Positions 14,514 through 22,721 of a stretch of DNA of 32,000 nt are shown here, piece by piece. The notes below the pieces were generated by a model. The model was not told the origin of the DNA. It was given only the letters and a program-made list of their open reading frames with translations, and did not search any database. The DNA is from Halomicrobium mukohataei DSM 12286 (GTDB lineage Archaea; Halobacteriota; Halobacteria; Halobacteriales; Haloarculaceae). The DNA lies in NCBI RefSeq assembly GCF_000023965.1, contig NC_013202.1, positions 840,001 through 872,000 of the forward strand, read 5' to 3'. Position 1 is the stretch's first letter. Every line of letters begins with the position of its first letter. A program made the translations under genes and the position numbers.

Positions 14514-15926
14514 TCACTCGGTCGGCGTTTGTGTGGACGTGTCGCCATCGCTCTCGGTCTCGCCGTTCTCGCCGTCTTCGGGCTCGATACGCGACAGTCG
14601 CGCCTTCATGATGCGGGTGTTCTCGACCCGCTCGACGACGATCTCGACGCTGTCGAACTCGATGCGTTCGCCCTCCTCGACGAGGCGGCCCGCGCGGTTG
14701 AAGATGAAGCCGGCGATGGTCTCGAACTCCTCGCCCTCGGGCAGTTCGAGGTCCATCGCCTCGTTGACCTCCTCGATGTTGACCTCGCCTTTGACGACGA
14801 CCTCGCCGTCGCCGACGAACTCGATCGGCTCTTCTTCCTCGCCTTCGAGGATCTCGCCGACGATCTCCTCGGTGAGGTCCTCCATCGTCACCAGTCCCTC
14901 GGTGGTGCCGAACTCGTCGATGACGATGACCATGTGGAGCCGTTCGCGGCGCATCTCCGTCAGGAGGTCGTCGACGTTTTTCGACTCGGGAACGTGCAGC
15001 GTCGGTTCGATGAGGTCCGCGAGTGCGGTCTCTGCGTCGCTGTAGTCCCGATCCCGGACCAGGTCCCGCAGGTGTGCGATGCCGATGACGTTGTCGAGAC
15101 TCCCCTCGTACACCGGCACGCGGGCGTGGCCGCTCTGGACGCACTGCTGGATCGCCTCCTCGACGGAGGCGTCCTTCGAGATGGCCTCCATGTCCAGTCG
15201 CGGCGTCATCACTTCCTTGGCGATCGTGTTGTTGAACCGCAGCGTCCGCTGGAGCATCTCGCGTTCCTCCTCGTCGAGGACGCCCTCGCGCTCGCCGGTC
15301 TCGATGATGTCCTGGATCTCCTCGCGAGTGACGTACGAGGTCTCGATGGCCGAGCGGCCGCCGGTGACCTTGTTGACGATTCGAGTGAGATAGTCGAACA
15401 GGACGATCAGGGGCAACAGGACCTTCTCGGAGAACTTCAGCGGCTTGGCGATCCGCAGGGCCCACGACTCCGTGTTCTCGACGGCGTAGCTCTTGGGCGC
15501 GCTCTCGCCGAACAGCAGGACGATCGCGGTGATCCCGAACGTCGAGAGCGCGACCGCGAGGCCCTGCTGGCCGCTCCCGAGGTAGTACGTCAACAGCCCC
15601 GTCGCGATCGAGGACATCGCGATGTTGACGAGGTTGTTCCCCACCAGAATCGTCACCAGCAGCCGGTGTGGGTCCTCTTTGAGCCCTTTGAGGGTCTTCG
15701 ACCCGGGGACGGCGTCCTCGACGAGGGCCTCGACGCGGTGGCTGGGCAGCGAGAACATGGCGATCTCCGACGAGGAGAAAAACGCCGACAGCCCGATCAA
15801 GAGGAGAATGATCCCCGCACCGATCCCGAGAAACACGTTCTCGGGCAGTTGGACGGGACCGTAGATGTCGACCTGTAGTGGCAAGGCTACCAGTGAATCG
15901 ACTCCGACAGGGGGGTCAAGAGCCAT
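14514..15926 (-). CDS. CNNM/hemolysin-family protein (DUF21 membrane domain, CBS pair, CorC_HlyC domain)
   Basis: ...LSAFFSSSEIAMFSL...LVTILVGNNLVNI... is the DUF21 domain, ...AKEVMTPRLDM... starts the CBS pair, and ...ETIAGFIFNRAGRLVEEGERIEFD... is the CorC_HlyC domain. The start is set at ATG 15926, which has TTTAAT about 30 nt upstream. ATG 15968 is an alternative. Confidence 0.85.
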   Translation of the reverse strand: MALDPPVGVDSLVALPLQVDIYGPVQLPENVFLGIGAGIILLLIGLSAFFSSSEIAMFSLPSHRVEALVEDAVPGSKTLKGLKEDPHRLLVTILVGNNLVNIAMSSIATGLLTYYLGSGQQGLAVALSTFGITAIVLLFGESAPKSYAVENTESWALRIAKPLKFSEKVLLPLIVLFDYLTRIVNKVTGGRSAIETSYVTREEIQDIIETGEREGVLDEEEREMLQRTLRFNNTIAKEVMTPRLDMEAISKDASVEEAIQQCVQSGHARVPVYEGSLDNVIGIAHLRDLVRDRDYSDAETALADLIEPTLHVPESKNVDDLLTEMRRERLHMVIVIDEFGTTEGLVTMEDLTEEIVGEILEGEEEEPIEFVGDGEVVVKGEVNIEEVNEAMDLELPEGEEFETIAGFIFNRAGRLVEEGERIEFDSVEIVVERVENTRIMKARLSRIEPEDGENGETESDGDTSTQTPTE

Positions 15927-16044
15927 CAACGTCTGAGTTTGCAGAGGGTGTGAATTAAACGTTGCCATGGGGTACCCCGCCGACGCGACACGGAATGCAC
16001 ACACCCGACAGAATTACCGGTCGCTCGCTCCTACGGGCGGGTGT

Positions 16045-16308
16045 ATGAGCGACACCGCCATCACACTCTATCGGCTCCAGGCCTGCCCGTTCTGTGAGCG
16101 GGTCGTCCGTCGGCTCCAGGAGTACGGCCTCGACTACGAGTCACGGTTCGTCGAACCGCTGCACTCCGAGCGCGACGCCGTCAAGCGCCTGTGTGGAAAG
16201 CGAACCGTCCCGGCGATCGTCGACGAGCAGACGGGCGTGACGATGGCAGAGAGCGCGAACATCGTCGACTACCTCGATCGAACCTACGGCGAGGGAGGGG
16301 ACGACTGA
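16045..16308 (+). CDS. Glutaredoxin-family protein (CPFC active site)
   Basis: MSDTAITLYRLQACPFCERVVRRLQEYGL...TVPAIVD... is a thioredoxin-fold glutaredoxin signature. The start is the internal ATG at 16045. Confidence 0.8.
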   Translation: MSDTAITLYRLQACPFCERVVRRLQEYGLDYESRFVEPLHSERDAVKRLCGKRTVPAIVDEQTGVTMAESANIVDYLDRTYGEGGDD

Positions 16309-16823
16309 TGGAGCTCGATTTCGACGTGGTCGATCTCGGTCCCGCAGACCACCCCGAGGTAGGCGAGCGAGCCCCCGACTTCACCCGTCCGCTGGTCACC
16401 GACGAGTACTGGGCGGACGTGTCCCTGTCCGAGCTGGTCGCCGAGGACGACGATCCGACGGTGCTGGTCTGTCACTCCATGGACGGGGCCTTCCCGGCGA
16501 CGTACGCCTGGAACGAGATCCGCGAGCGCGAGTGGCACGCCGACGCCACCGTCGTCGGCCTGTCGATCTCGACGCCGTACGCCCACAAGCGCCTGCTCGA
16601 CGAGCGAGAGCTGGGCGACGACTACCGGCTGTACTCCGATCCCGCCAACGGCGTCGCCGAGGCGTACGGCATCGTCAACGATCTCGACGGGATGAGCGGC
16701 GTGGCCGAGCCCCGGCCGGCCGTGTTCGTCCTCGATAGCGACCGGACGATCGAGTACGCCTGGGTCGCCACGGAGTGGCCCGACTTCCCGGACTACGACG
16801 CGGTCGAGGCGGTCATCCGATAG
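16308..16823 (+). CDS. Redoxin/AhpC-TSA-like thioredoxin-fold protein
   Basis: MELDFDVVDLGPADHPEVGERAPDFTRPLV...VLVCHSMDGAFPATY...PRPAVFVLDSDRTIEYAWV. Its ATG shares 1 nt with the glutaredoxin stop (TGATG), which suggests an operon. Confidence 0.6.
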   Translation: MELDFDVVDLGPADHPEVGERAPDFTRPLVTDEYWADVSLSELVAEDDDPTVLVCHSMDGAFPATYAWNEIREREWHADATVVGLSISTPYAHKRLLDERELGDDYRLYSDPANGVAEAYGIVNDLDGMSGVAEPRPAVFVLDSDRTIEYAWVATEWPDFPDYDAVEAVIR

Positions 16824-16863
16824 CGGTTCCAGCACGCTTTTTCGCGGCCCGGCCCACGTTCGG

Positions 16864-17448
16864 GTGATGAGTGATCTCGACCGCGCGGCCGACGCGATCG
16901 ACGACGGTGAGCTGGTGATCTACCCCACCGAGACAGTGTACGGGCTGGCCGGCGACGCGCTCGACCCCGATGCCGTCCAGCGCGTGTTCGACGTGAAGGG
17001 CCGAGACCGCTCGAAGCCGGTCTCGCTCGCGGTGCCAAGCGTCGACGCGGCGACCGACTACACCGAACCCAGCGAGCGCGAACTGGCGTTCATGCGGGCC
17101 TTCCTCCCGGGCCCGGTGACGGTGCTGGCCAGGCGGCGGCCGTCGGTGCCCGACGTGCTGACCGCCGGGCGTGACCGCGTGGGCATTCGCGTGCCCGACC
17201 ACGAGCTGGCGCTGGCGCTGCTGGAGCGAGTCGCGCCGATCACGTCGACCAGCGCCAACGTCAGCGGGGAGCAAAGCGCCCGGACGGTCGACGAGATCGG
17301 CGAGTCCGTCAGAGAGGGCACAGCAGTGGTCCTCGACGGCGGCCGGACGCCCGGCACGGAGTCGACGGTGGTCGACGTGGCCGCCGACGAGATCGTCCGC
17401 GAAGGGGCCGACTGCGAAGCGATCCGGGAGTGGCTGGCCGAGCACTGA
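16864..17448 (+). CDS. L-threonylcarbamoyladenylate synthase (Sua5/YrdC/TsaC family, short form)
   Basis: ...GELVIYPTETVYGLAGDALDPDAVQRVFDVKGRDRSKPVSLAV...GIRVPDHELALALL...PITSTSANVSGE... are canonical YrdC-domain motifs. Confidence 0.85.
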   Translation: MMSDLDRAADAIDDGELVIYPTETVYGLAGDALDPDAVQRVFDVKGRDRSKPVSLAVPSVDAATDYTEPSERELAFMRAFLPGPVTVLARRRPSVPDVLTAGRDRVGIRVPDHELALALLERVAPITSTSANVSGEQSARTVDEIGESVREGTAVVLDGGRTPGTESTVVDVAADEIVREGADCEAIREWLAEH

Positions 17449-17506
17449 GTGGCGCGCCGTCCGTTGCGTCCCGCTCGACCGGCGTCGTGTCTGCCGACGC
17501 CGGCTC

Positions 17507-18178
17507 CTACGAGAGCATGCTCGCAAGCGAGCGGGTCGTCGTGCCACACGTCTCGCGGTACTCGCAGGGGGCACACTTCGCGTCGCTGTCGACACGCGAG
17601 GGCGGGCCGTCGATCGTCTCGGCCGTCCTGACGGCCTTCCTGTAGGCCGCTTTCCGCCTGACCGTCAGGTCGATCTCGCGGACGACGCCGTAGGCCGGAT
17701 ACTCGGCGACGGCCCGCTCGACCGTCGTCTCGTGCTCCCAGGCGAGGGCCTTGGCCGCGGCCACGAGCCGGACGGTCTGGGGCTCCCAGACGCCTTCGTC
17801 GGGCGGCTCACCGGCGAAGACGAGCGACGGGACGAGCGGCGCTTCGAGCACCTTGTGAGCGATCCCGCGACACTCCCGGCCGGTCAGGAGGGCGTCGCGT
17901 CGCGGCGGGTCGACGAGCGCGTCCCAGTAGTCGAGCCGCCGTGCGAGCCGCCCGAGCCGCTCGCGGTAGGTGCCGGGCGAGACCTCGATGGGAGCGGCGA
18001 GCAGCGCCGCGTCGACCGACCGGAGAGTGTCGTACTCGAAGGCCAGCCGTCGCACGTCGTCGACGCCGTCGGGGATCGTGGGCTCGCCGTCGCGCCGTCG
18101 GTAGTAGAGCTTTCGCGGACAGTACGCCGCCGTCGCCAGGTCACGGAAGGTGTGCACGGACGCCCCTGGCCCCGTCAC
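17507..18178 (-). CDS. Cas4-like PD-(D/E)XK nuclease superfamily protein (DUF83-type, stand-alone)
   Basis: The N-terminus has YCPRKLYY and the C-terminus has KCAPCEYRETC, giving the four-cysteine pattern of the Cas4/Dna2-type Fe-S nuclease fold. No other cas genes or CRISPR array occur in the window. Confidence 0.6.
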   Translation of the reverse strand: MTGPGASVHTFRDLATAAYCPRKLYYRRRDGEPTIPDGVDDVRRLAFEYDTLRSVDAALLAAPIEVSPGTYRERLGRLARRLDYWDALVDPPRRDALLTGRECRGIAHKVLEAPLVPSLVFAGEPPDEGVWEPQTVRLVAAAKALAWEHETTVERAVAEYPAYGVVREIDLTVRRKAAYRKAVRTAETIDGPPSRVDSDAKCAPCEYRETCGTTTRSLASMLS

Positions 18179-18247
18179 GGGTCATAAACGTGTGGCGCTT
18201 CCCGCTCGCGAGCAACACTTATCCCCGACAGTTCGAAACGAAGGGAC

Positions 18248-19108
18248 ATGCCCGACGGCCATCTCGTTCTCGTCTTCGACGACGGCTACGCGGCGGACTA
18301 CGAACAGCTCTTGCCCGTGTTGCGCGCTCACGGCGCGCCCGCGGCGGTGGCGGTCGTGCCCGAGTGGCTGGGCGACGACGACCACCTCACGGTCGATCAG
18401 CTCGCTGCGCTGGCCGAGGCCGACTGTGAGATCTGCTCGCACGGGAGCCGCCACCGCTACCTCCAGGCCCACCACCTCGCGGCCGACGTGACCCCGGGCG
18501 AGGAGCGGGTCACCGTCGCCGCCGGCCACGTGTTTCCGGGGGAAGAACACGGCGTGCTCGCTGGCGATCGCTACGAGGTGACCGACGGCGACCGGACGAC
18601 GACAGTGACGCTGGGGGAGCCACTCGCCGTCGGCGAAGAGACGGTCACCCTCGGCATCGAGCGCGAGATCGACGCCGCGTTCGACGGCGAGGAGGCGGTC
18701 CTGCGCCCGACAGAAGCGACGCTCAGAGACGAGATCGCCGGCGTTCGCTCGGCGTTCGATCGACTGGGCTACGATCCCGACGCCTTCGTCTTCCCGTACG
18801 ACGCGGCCGACCCGCGAGCGTGGGCGCTGGCCGCCGAGACCTACGACGTGCTCCCCAACGCCGCCGTACGCTCACTGCCCAATCGGCCGGACACCGCACC
18901 GACGAGCTACCAGCGGTGCTACCTCGAACGGAGTCACCTCCGGCGAGCAGAGATCGAGACGTACCTCGACAGCGTCGCGACCCAGGGCGGACTGGGCATC
19001 CTGGCGGGCCACTCCGCCTGGGAGACGGTCCCGCCCGAGCGGGTCGCGTTCGTCATCGAGGCCGCGCGCCAGCGCGGGATCGAGGTGACGACCTTCTCCG
19101 GGCTCTAG
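18248..19108 (+). CDS. Polysaccharide deacetylase (NodB homology) family protein
   Basis: [31 protein letters not shown]...ICSHGSRH... matches the NodB motifs (DD...H.SH). Confidence 0.7.
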   Translation: MPDGHLVLVFDDGYAADYEQLLPVLRAHGAPAAVAVVPEWLGDDDHLTVDQLAALAEADCEICSHGSRHRYLQAHHLAADVTPGEERVTVAAGHVFPGEEHGVLAGDRYEVTDGDRTTTVTLGEPLAVGEETVTLGIEREIDAAFDGEEAVLRPTEATLRDEIAGVRSAFDRLGYDPDAFVFPYDAADPRAWALAAETYDVLPNAAVRSLPNRPDTAPTSYQRCYLERSHLRRAEIETYLDSVATQGGLGILAGHSAWETVPPERVAFVIEAARQRGIEVTTFSGL

Positions 19109-19623
19109 AGCATCTCCGCGGCCTCTTCGACGCCGAGGTCGCCCCGGTCGAGCGCGGCCAGGATGTCGAGTGTCGCCTGGTCGGGGCCGTCTTCGCCGCC
19201 GATCTCGGCCAGCGTGACCTTCTCGCTGTGGCCCACGAACTCCTCGAAGTCGGTGCCCTCCGCGAGCGCCGTCTCCTTCTTGACGCGGTAGTTGCCGCCG
19301 TCGGTGGTGTAGAGGTCGCCGGGGTGGAAGAAAAACCAGTCCTCGCGGTCGAATCGCACGCCGATCCGGGGCTTCGCGCCGAAGTTCCGGGCGAAAAAGA
19401 GCAGCGCCTCGACCTCCTCGCCGTCGAGGTAGATCGGGTCGCCCGCGCTCGACTTCGCTTCGACGGCGTAGAACCGCTCGCCGTCGCCGGCCAGCACGTC
19501 CGGTAGTTCCCGTTCGGTCGCCGAGCCACTGGCCGGCGCGCGCATCACCGCGAAGCCCGCCTCGTCCAAGGCGTTGACGAGTTCGCGCTCGCGGCGGTCC
19601 CCTTTGGCGTTCGAGCCTACCAT
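19105..19623 (-). CDS. hjc: Holliday junction resolvase Hjc with a C-terminal extension
   Basis: [34 protein letters not shown]...[19 protein letters not shown]...[27 protein letters not shown] are archaeal Hjc motifs. TTAAATA lies about 30 nt upstream of the ATG at 19623. The longer ORF in the track was rejected. Confidence 0.8.
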   Translation of the reverse strand: MVGSNAKGDRRERELVNALDEAGFAVMRAPASGSATERELPDVLAGDGERFYAVEAKSSAGDPIYLDGEEVEALLFFARNFGAKPRIGVRFDREDWFFFHPGDLYTTDGGNYRVKKETALAEGTDFEEFVGHSEKVTLAEIGGEDGPDQATLDILAALDRGDLGVEEAAEML

Positions 19624-19902
19624 TACTCGACCGGTCGGTCTCGACGTATTTAAGCGCACGTTCGGCGCGTCGAGTGGAATCGGGAGTCGCATCGTAAGCT
19701 GGTAGCATGTAGATATGCTTTCATTCAGGGCGTTGTAGCTGCTTACCGGTGAGCGTCTTCCCCGTAGCGACGCTCGCCGGGGCAGTCCGACAACCGTCCG
19801 TATCAGAGTCAACATCCTCGAAAAAAGAAAGCAGGTGATCTTTCCAGCAGGGGCCAGAGACAGAGCTCCAAGCGCGACGATAGGATACTCGAACAGAAGT
19901 CA

Positions 19903-19980
19903 TACTGCCGGCTGTCACTGTGTCACGATAGTCGCGACCGCGGGGTCGCAATGTTCTGTACAGACGGACAGCCGGCAGTA
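19903..19980. mobile_element. MITE-like palindromic element, copy 2 (78 bp), flanked by TCA/TCA
   Basis: TACTGCCGGCTGTCAC...GTCGCGACCGCGGGGTCGC...GACAGCCGGCAGTA has 15-bp perfect terminal inverted repeats. The 3-bp direct repeats lie at 19900-19902 and 19981-19983. Its orientation is inverted relative to copy 3. Confidence 0.65.
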
Positions 19981-19984
19981 TCAC

Positions 19985-20137
19985 CTACATCATGGCCTCG
20001 TAGAAGATGCTCAGCGCCAGCACGAAGCCACCAGCTAGTCCGATACCAATCGCGGCAAAATCGTTCCCTGGGATCCCACTAGCTATAATCGCCAGAAAGA
20101 GACTCACCGCGATTCCGAGTTTTGTATCGTCTTTCAT
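19985..20137 (-). CDS. Possible small membrane protein (50 aa, two hydrophobic segments)
   Basis: My own translation is MKDDTKLGIAVSLFLAIIASGIPGNDFAAIGIGLAGGFVLALSIFYEAMM. It is below the ORF-track size cutoff. It lies next to the AT-rich island, and its stop is 1 nt from the MITE copy 2 flank. Confidence 0.35.
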   Translation of the reverse strand: MKDDTKLGIAVSLFLAIIASGIPGNDFAAIGIGLAGGFVLALSIFYEAMM

Positions 20138-20340
20138 ATCTGCATTTTAACATCTTAGATTTATAAATTGCACTTATTATAGACAATCATATGGTTGTTT
20201 CTTTCAATTTATACTGTGTTCTATCTGTCAGACTGAATATTCAATAGAGGTAGGATTTTGTCTGAGTCTCGATCCTGTAAGCTTCGAGTAGAACCGCATG
20301 TACGCTCCACGACGACGGTTAATTTCACGCGAGTTCGGGA
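20138..20340. other. AT-rich island (by eye about one third G+C) in divergent-promoter position
   Basis: It contains runs such as TTTTAACATCTTAGATTTATAAATTGCACTTATTATAGACAATCATATGG, in strong contrast with the window composition. No credible ORF is present. Confidence 0.6.
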
Positions 20341-20358
20341 GCGACAGTTTCTTGCCCC

Positions 20359-20374
20359 CTGACTGGATAGTCAG
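20359..20374 (+). promoter_or_regulatory. Candidate TetR operator: palindrome CTGACT-GGAT-AGTCAG, 6 nt upstream of the tetR ATG
   Basis: The 6-bp inverted arms with a 4-bp spacer were read directly. TetR regulators typically bind palindromes overlapping their own promoter. Confidence 0.4.
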
Positions 20375-20380
20375 TCAACA

Positions 20381-20986
20381 ATGACCACTGACGACGAGAT
20401 CATGGAGGCCACGTTTGCGGCTCTGTGCAAGCACGGCTATGCGGATCTGACGATGCAGTCGATCGCCGACGAGTTCGAGAAGAGCAAGTCGCTGCTGCAC
20501 TACCACTACGACTCGAAAGAGGACCTGATCGTCTCGTTCATGGAGCATCTCCTGGAGAACTTTCTGGAGGAGTTCGACGAGGACAGCGACGCAGAGCCCA
20601 TGGACCAGCTGCTTCGCATGACCGAGATCGTCGTCGAGGGAGACGACAGCGAGGGCCCCGACGACGTGCACATGGCGCTGCTGGGGCTGCGCGCACAGGC
20701 ACCCTACGACGAGGCGCTGCGCGCCCAGCAGGTCCGCAACGACTGTCATATCCGCGAGCTGATCGCCGACATCGTCCGGGACGGCATCGAGCAGGGCCAG
20801 TTCCGCGACGACGTGGATCCCGAGCGGTTCGCCGCGGCGTTCCGGTCCGCGATCGAGGGAGCCCAGTCACACGACGTGATCCTCGGCGCGGACGCGCCGA
20901 CCGAGACGGCGCTGGCGGGCATCGAGGAGTACCTTCTCCGGGGACTTCTGGCGGACGGTGAGACCCTGGAGGGACGGACCGCGTGA
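20381..20986 (+). CDS. TetR/AcrR family transcriptional regulator
   Basis: MTTDDEIMEATFAALCKHGYADLTMQSIADEFEKSKSLLHYHYDSKEDLI is the canonical TetR N-terminal helix-turn-helix. Confidence 0.9.
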   Translation: MTTDDEIMEATFAALCKHGYADLTMQSIADEFEKSKSLLHYHYDSKEDLIVSFMEHLLENFLEEFDEDSDAEPMDQLLRMTEIVVEGDDSEGPDDVHMALLGLRAQAPYDEALRAQQVRNDCHIRELIADIVRDGIEQGQFRDDVDPERFAAAFRSAIEGAQSHDVILGADAPTETALAGIEEYLLRGLLADGETLEGRTA

Positions 20987-21120
20987 GCGAGACGGCAGAC
21001 CGGGACCTCACAGAGGGATCACTGCTCGGGCCGCTGGTGGCGCTGGCCGCACCGATCGTCTTCACCCAGCTGTTGCAGGTCCCGTACAACCTCGTCGATA
21101 CCTTCTGGGTCGAGCGCACG
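20983..21120 (+). pseudogene. N-terminal remnant (about 45 codons) of a MATE-family efflux transporter gene
   Basis: A GTG start overlaps the tetR stop (GTGA). SETADRDLTEGSLLGPLVALAAPIVFTQLLQVPYNLVDTFWV matches the conserved MATE/NorM N-terminus. After about codon 45 the frame becomes Arg/Pro-rich and overlaps the opposite-strand DUF2237 gene. Confidence 0.6.
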
Positions 21121-21124
21121 GCGC

Positions 21125-21514
21125 TCACCGATCGTACGCGTGGGCTTCCAGCGTCGCCAGCTCGACGGTGTCCAGGACGGCCTCGTTGGTCGCGTCGAGC
21201 ACCACCGGCGGTACCGTCGTCTCGGGGAGTTGCTCGCGGCGCGTCGCCCGGAGGGCCTCGACCCACCGCCCCAGACAGAGACACCAGCGATCGCCGGGTT
21301 CCAGACCGGGAAAGTCCAGTTGCGGTCGCGGTGTCAGCAGGTCGTTGCCCCGCCGTTTGCTGAACTGGAGGAACTCGTCGGTCATCACCGCACACAGTTC
21401 GTGGCGGCCGCGATCCTGCGGATGCTCGCCACAGCAGCCGTCCCGCTCGAAGCCAGTCTCCGGGTCGGTGCTGCACGGTTCGAGTGGCTCGCCCAGCACG
21501 TTCGTCTCGCTCAT
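21125..21514 (-). CDS. DUF2237 family protein
   Basis: NVLGEPLEPCSTDPETGFERDGCCGEHPQDRGRHELCAVMTDEFLQFSKRRGNDLLTPRP...FPGLEPGDRWCLCLGRW matches the DUF2237 consensus as I remember it. Confidence 0.8.
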   Translation of the reverse strand: MSETNVLGEPLEPCSTDPETGFERDGCCGEHPQDRGRHELCAVMTDEFLQFSKRRGNDLLTPRPQLDFPGLEPGDRWCLCLGRWVEALRATRREQLPETTVPPVVLDATNEAVLDTVELATLEAHAYDR

Positions 21515-21538
21515 ACCGATAGATGGGCGAGTAGTGGG

Positions 21539-22327
21539 TTATGTCTGGCGAGAGACGGACTCGCCTGGCACCGCGACGAACCGGAGTCGTCGGTAGTCCG
21601 CGGTCCAGGTCTCGGTGTCGGGGTCGTACTGCTCGGGACGGAGCCGATCCTCGACGGCCGCGACGACGGCGGCTCGCTCGGCGTCCGAGAGCGGTGCGAA
21701 CAGCGAATCGCCGAACACGGCCAGCCACTCCCGCAGGCCGTCCGGGCCGTCGAGGTCGGTCGGCCGGTCGAACACCGTCGCCGACCGCACCGCGAAGCCG
21801 TGGCGCTCCAGCAGCGTCGCGTGCTCGCCGATCGTCGGGAAGTACCAGGGGTCGGCGGCGTCGTACCCCCGGTCGCGGAGTTCCGTCCGGACCGCCGCGA
21901 CGATGGCGGCGACGTTCCCGCTCGCGCCCAGTTCCGCGACGTAGCGACCGTTGGGGGCCAGCGCCGCGGCGACGCGTTCGGAGACGGCGTCCTGGTCGTC
22001 GATCCAGTGCAGCGCGGCGTTCGAAAACACCGCGTCGAATCGCTCGTCCGTCTCGAACGCCGTGGCGTCGACGCAGTCGAACCGCAGGTCGGGGTATGCC
22101 GCGCGTGCCTGCCGGATCATCTCGCTCGACGCGTCGATCCCCAGTACGTCGCCCGCACTGCCGACCGCGTCGGCGACGGTCGCCGTGAGGTGACCCGTTC
22201 CACAGCCCAGATCGAGGATGCGCTCGCCGGGTCGCGGGTCGAGCAGGTCGACGACGCTGTCGCCGTAGTCGGTCACGAAGCCGGCTGCGTCGTCGTATCG
22301 TCCACCGTCCCACTCGTTGTCTGTCAT
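21539..22327 (-). CDS. Class I SAM-dependent methyltransferase (trans-aconitate methyltransferase-like)
   Basis: ERILDLGCGTGHLT is motif I, ...GIDASSEMI... follows, and ...DAVFSNAALHWI... is typical of Tam-like enzymes. The start is the ATG at 22327. The gene ends 24 nt upstream of the DUF2237 gene, so the two probably form an operon. Confidence 0.85.
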   Translation of the reverse strand: MTDNEWDGGRYDDAAGFVTDYGDSVVDLLDPRPGERILDLGCGTGHLTATVADAVGSAGDVLGIDASSEMIRQARAAYPDLRFDCVDATAFETDERFDAVFSNAALHWIDDQDAVSERVAAALAPNGRYVAELGASGNVAAIVAAVRTELRDRGYDAADPWYFPTIGEHATLLERHGFAVRSATVFDRPTDLDGPDGLREWLAVFGDSLFAPLSDAERAAVVAAVEDRLRPEQYDPDTETWTADYRRLRFVAVPGESVSRQT

Positions 22328-22414
22328 AGATTCGCTTCGTCCGGCCCCGTACAAACGGTGTCGGTACCGGCCGGAAGCAGAACGCATACGGGGCCGGGCG
22401 GCCATCGTCCGGGC

Positions 22415-22708
22415 ATGAGCGAGTTCGCCGACGACGTGCAGGCAGTGTTCGAATCGACAGGGGCAGACGAAGCGACCGCGGCGACAGCCGCCGAGAAGCT
22501 CGCGGCCTTCCGCGAGGAGTACGACGAGGAACTGACCGCCGACGCCGTCGAGCAGCAGTTCGCCGACGCGCCCGACGAGGCGTTCGTCCACGCCTACGAC
22601 TGGCTGGTGGGCCACCTCGCGGCCGCGAACGACGACTGCACCGACTCCCGGGAGTACCGGCTCGAAGGGTTCGACAGCTTCGCGGCGGACCCCGAGGTCG
22701 GCGCGTGA
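22415..22708 (+). CDS. Small acidic hypothetical protein (97 aa)
   Basis: MSEFADDVQAVFESTGADEATAATAAEKLAAFREEYDEELTADAVEQQF... has haloarchaeal acidic composition. It is the terminal segment of the otherwise spurious ORF 21140-22708. It ends 13 nt upstream of the DUF123 gene. Confidence 0.5.
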   Translation: MSEFADDVQAVFESTGADEATAATAAEKLAAFREEYDEELTADAVEQQFADAPDEAFVHAYDWLVGHLAAANDDCTDSREYRLEGFDSFAADPEVGA

Positions 22709-22721
22709 GCGTCGTCCTGCG

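Noticed and set aside
11340-15878. ORFs 11340-12677 (-), 12766-14202 (+), 14239-15465 (-) and 14403-15878 (+).
   Set aside because: They overlap the chitinase, PiT and CNNM genes in other frames or on the other strand. Their Arg/Gly/Asp-rich low-complexity products are high-GC artefacts.
19721-19984. An 87-aa minus-strand ORF spanning MITE copy 2.
   Set aside because: It reads straight through the palindromic element and has basic, low-complexity composition. It is probably not coding.
20983-21363. The 126-aa ORF taken at face value as an intact small gene.
   Set aside because: Only the first ~45 residues look like a real (MATE) protein. The rest is Arg/Pro-rich and antisense to the well-supported DUF2237 gene. 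It is treated as a truncated remnant.
20538-22414. ORF 20538-22313 (-; 591 aa) and the first ~425 codons of ORF 21140-22708 (+).
   Set aside because: These are Arg/Pro-rich shadow frames across tetR, DUF2237 and the methyltransferase gene. Only the last 97 codons of the plus-strand ORF (from ATG 22415) lie in otherwise unoccupied space and have normal acidic composition.
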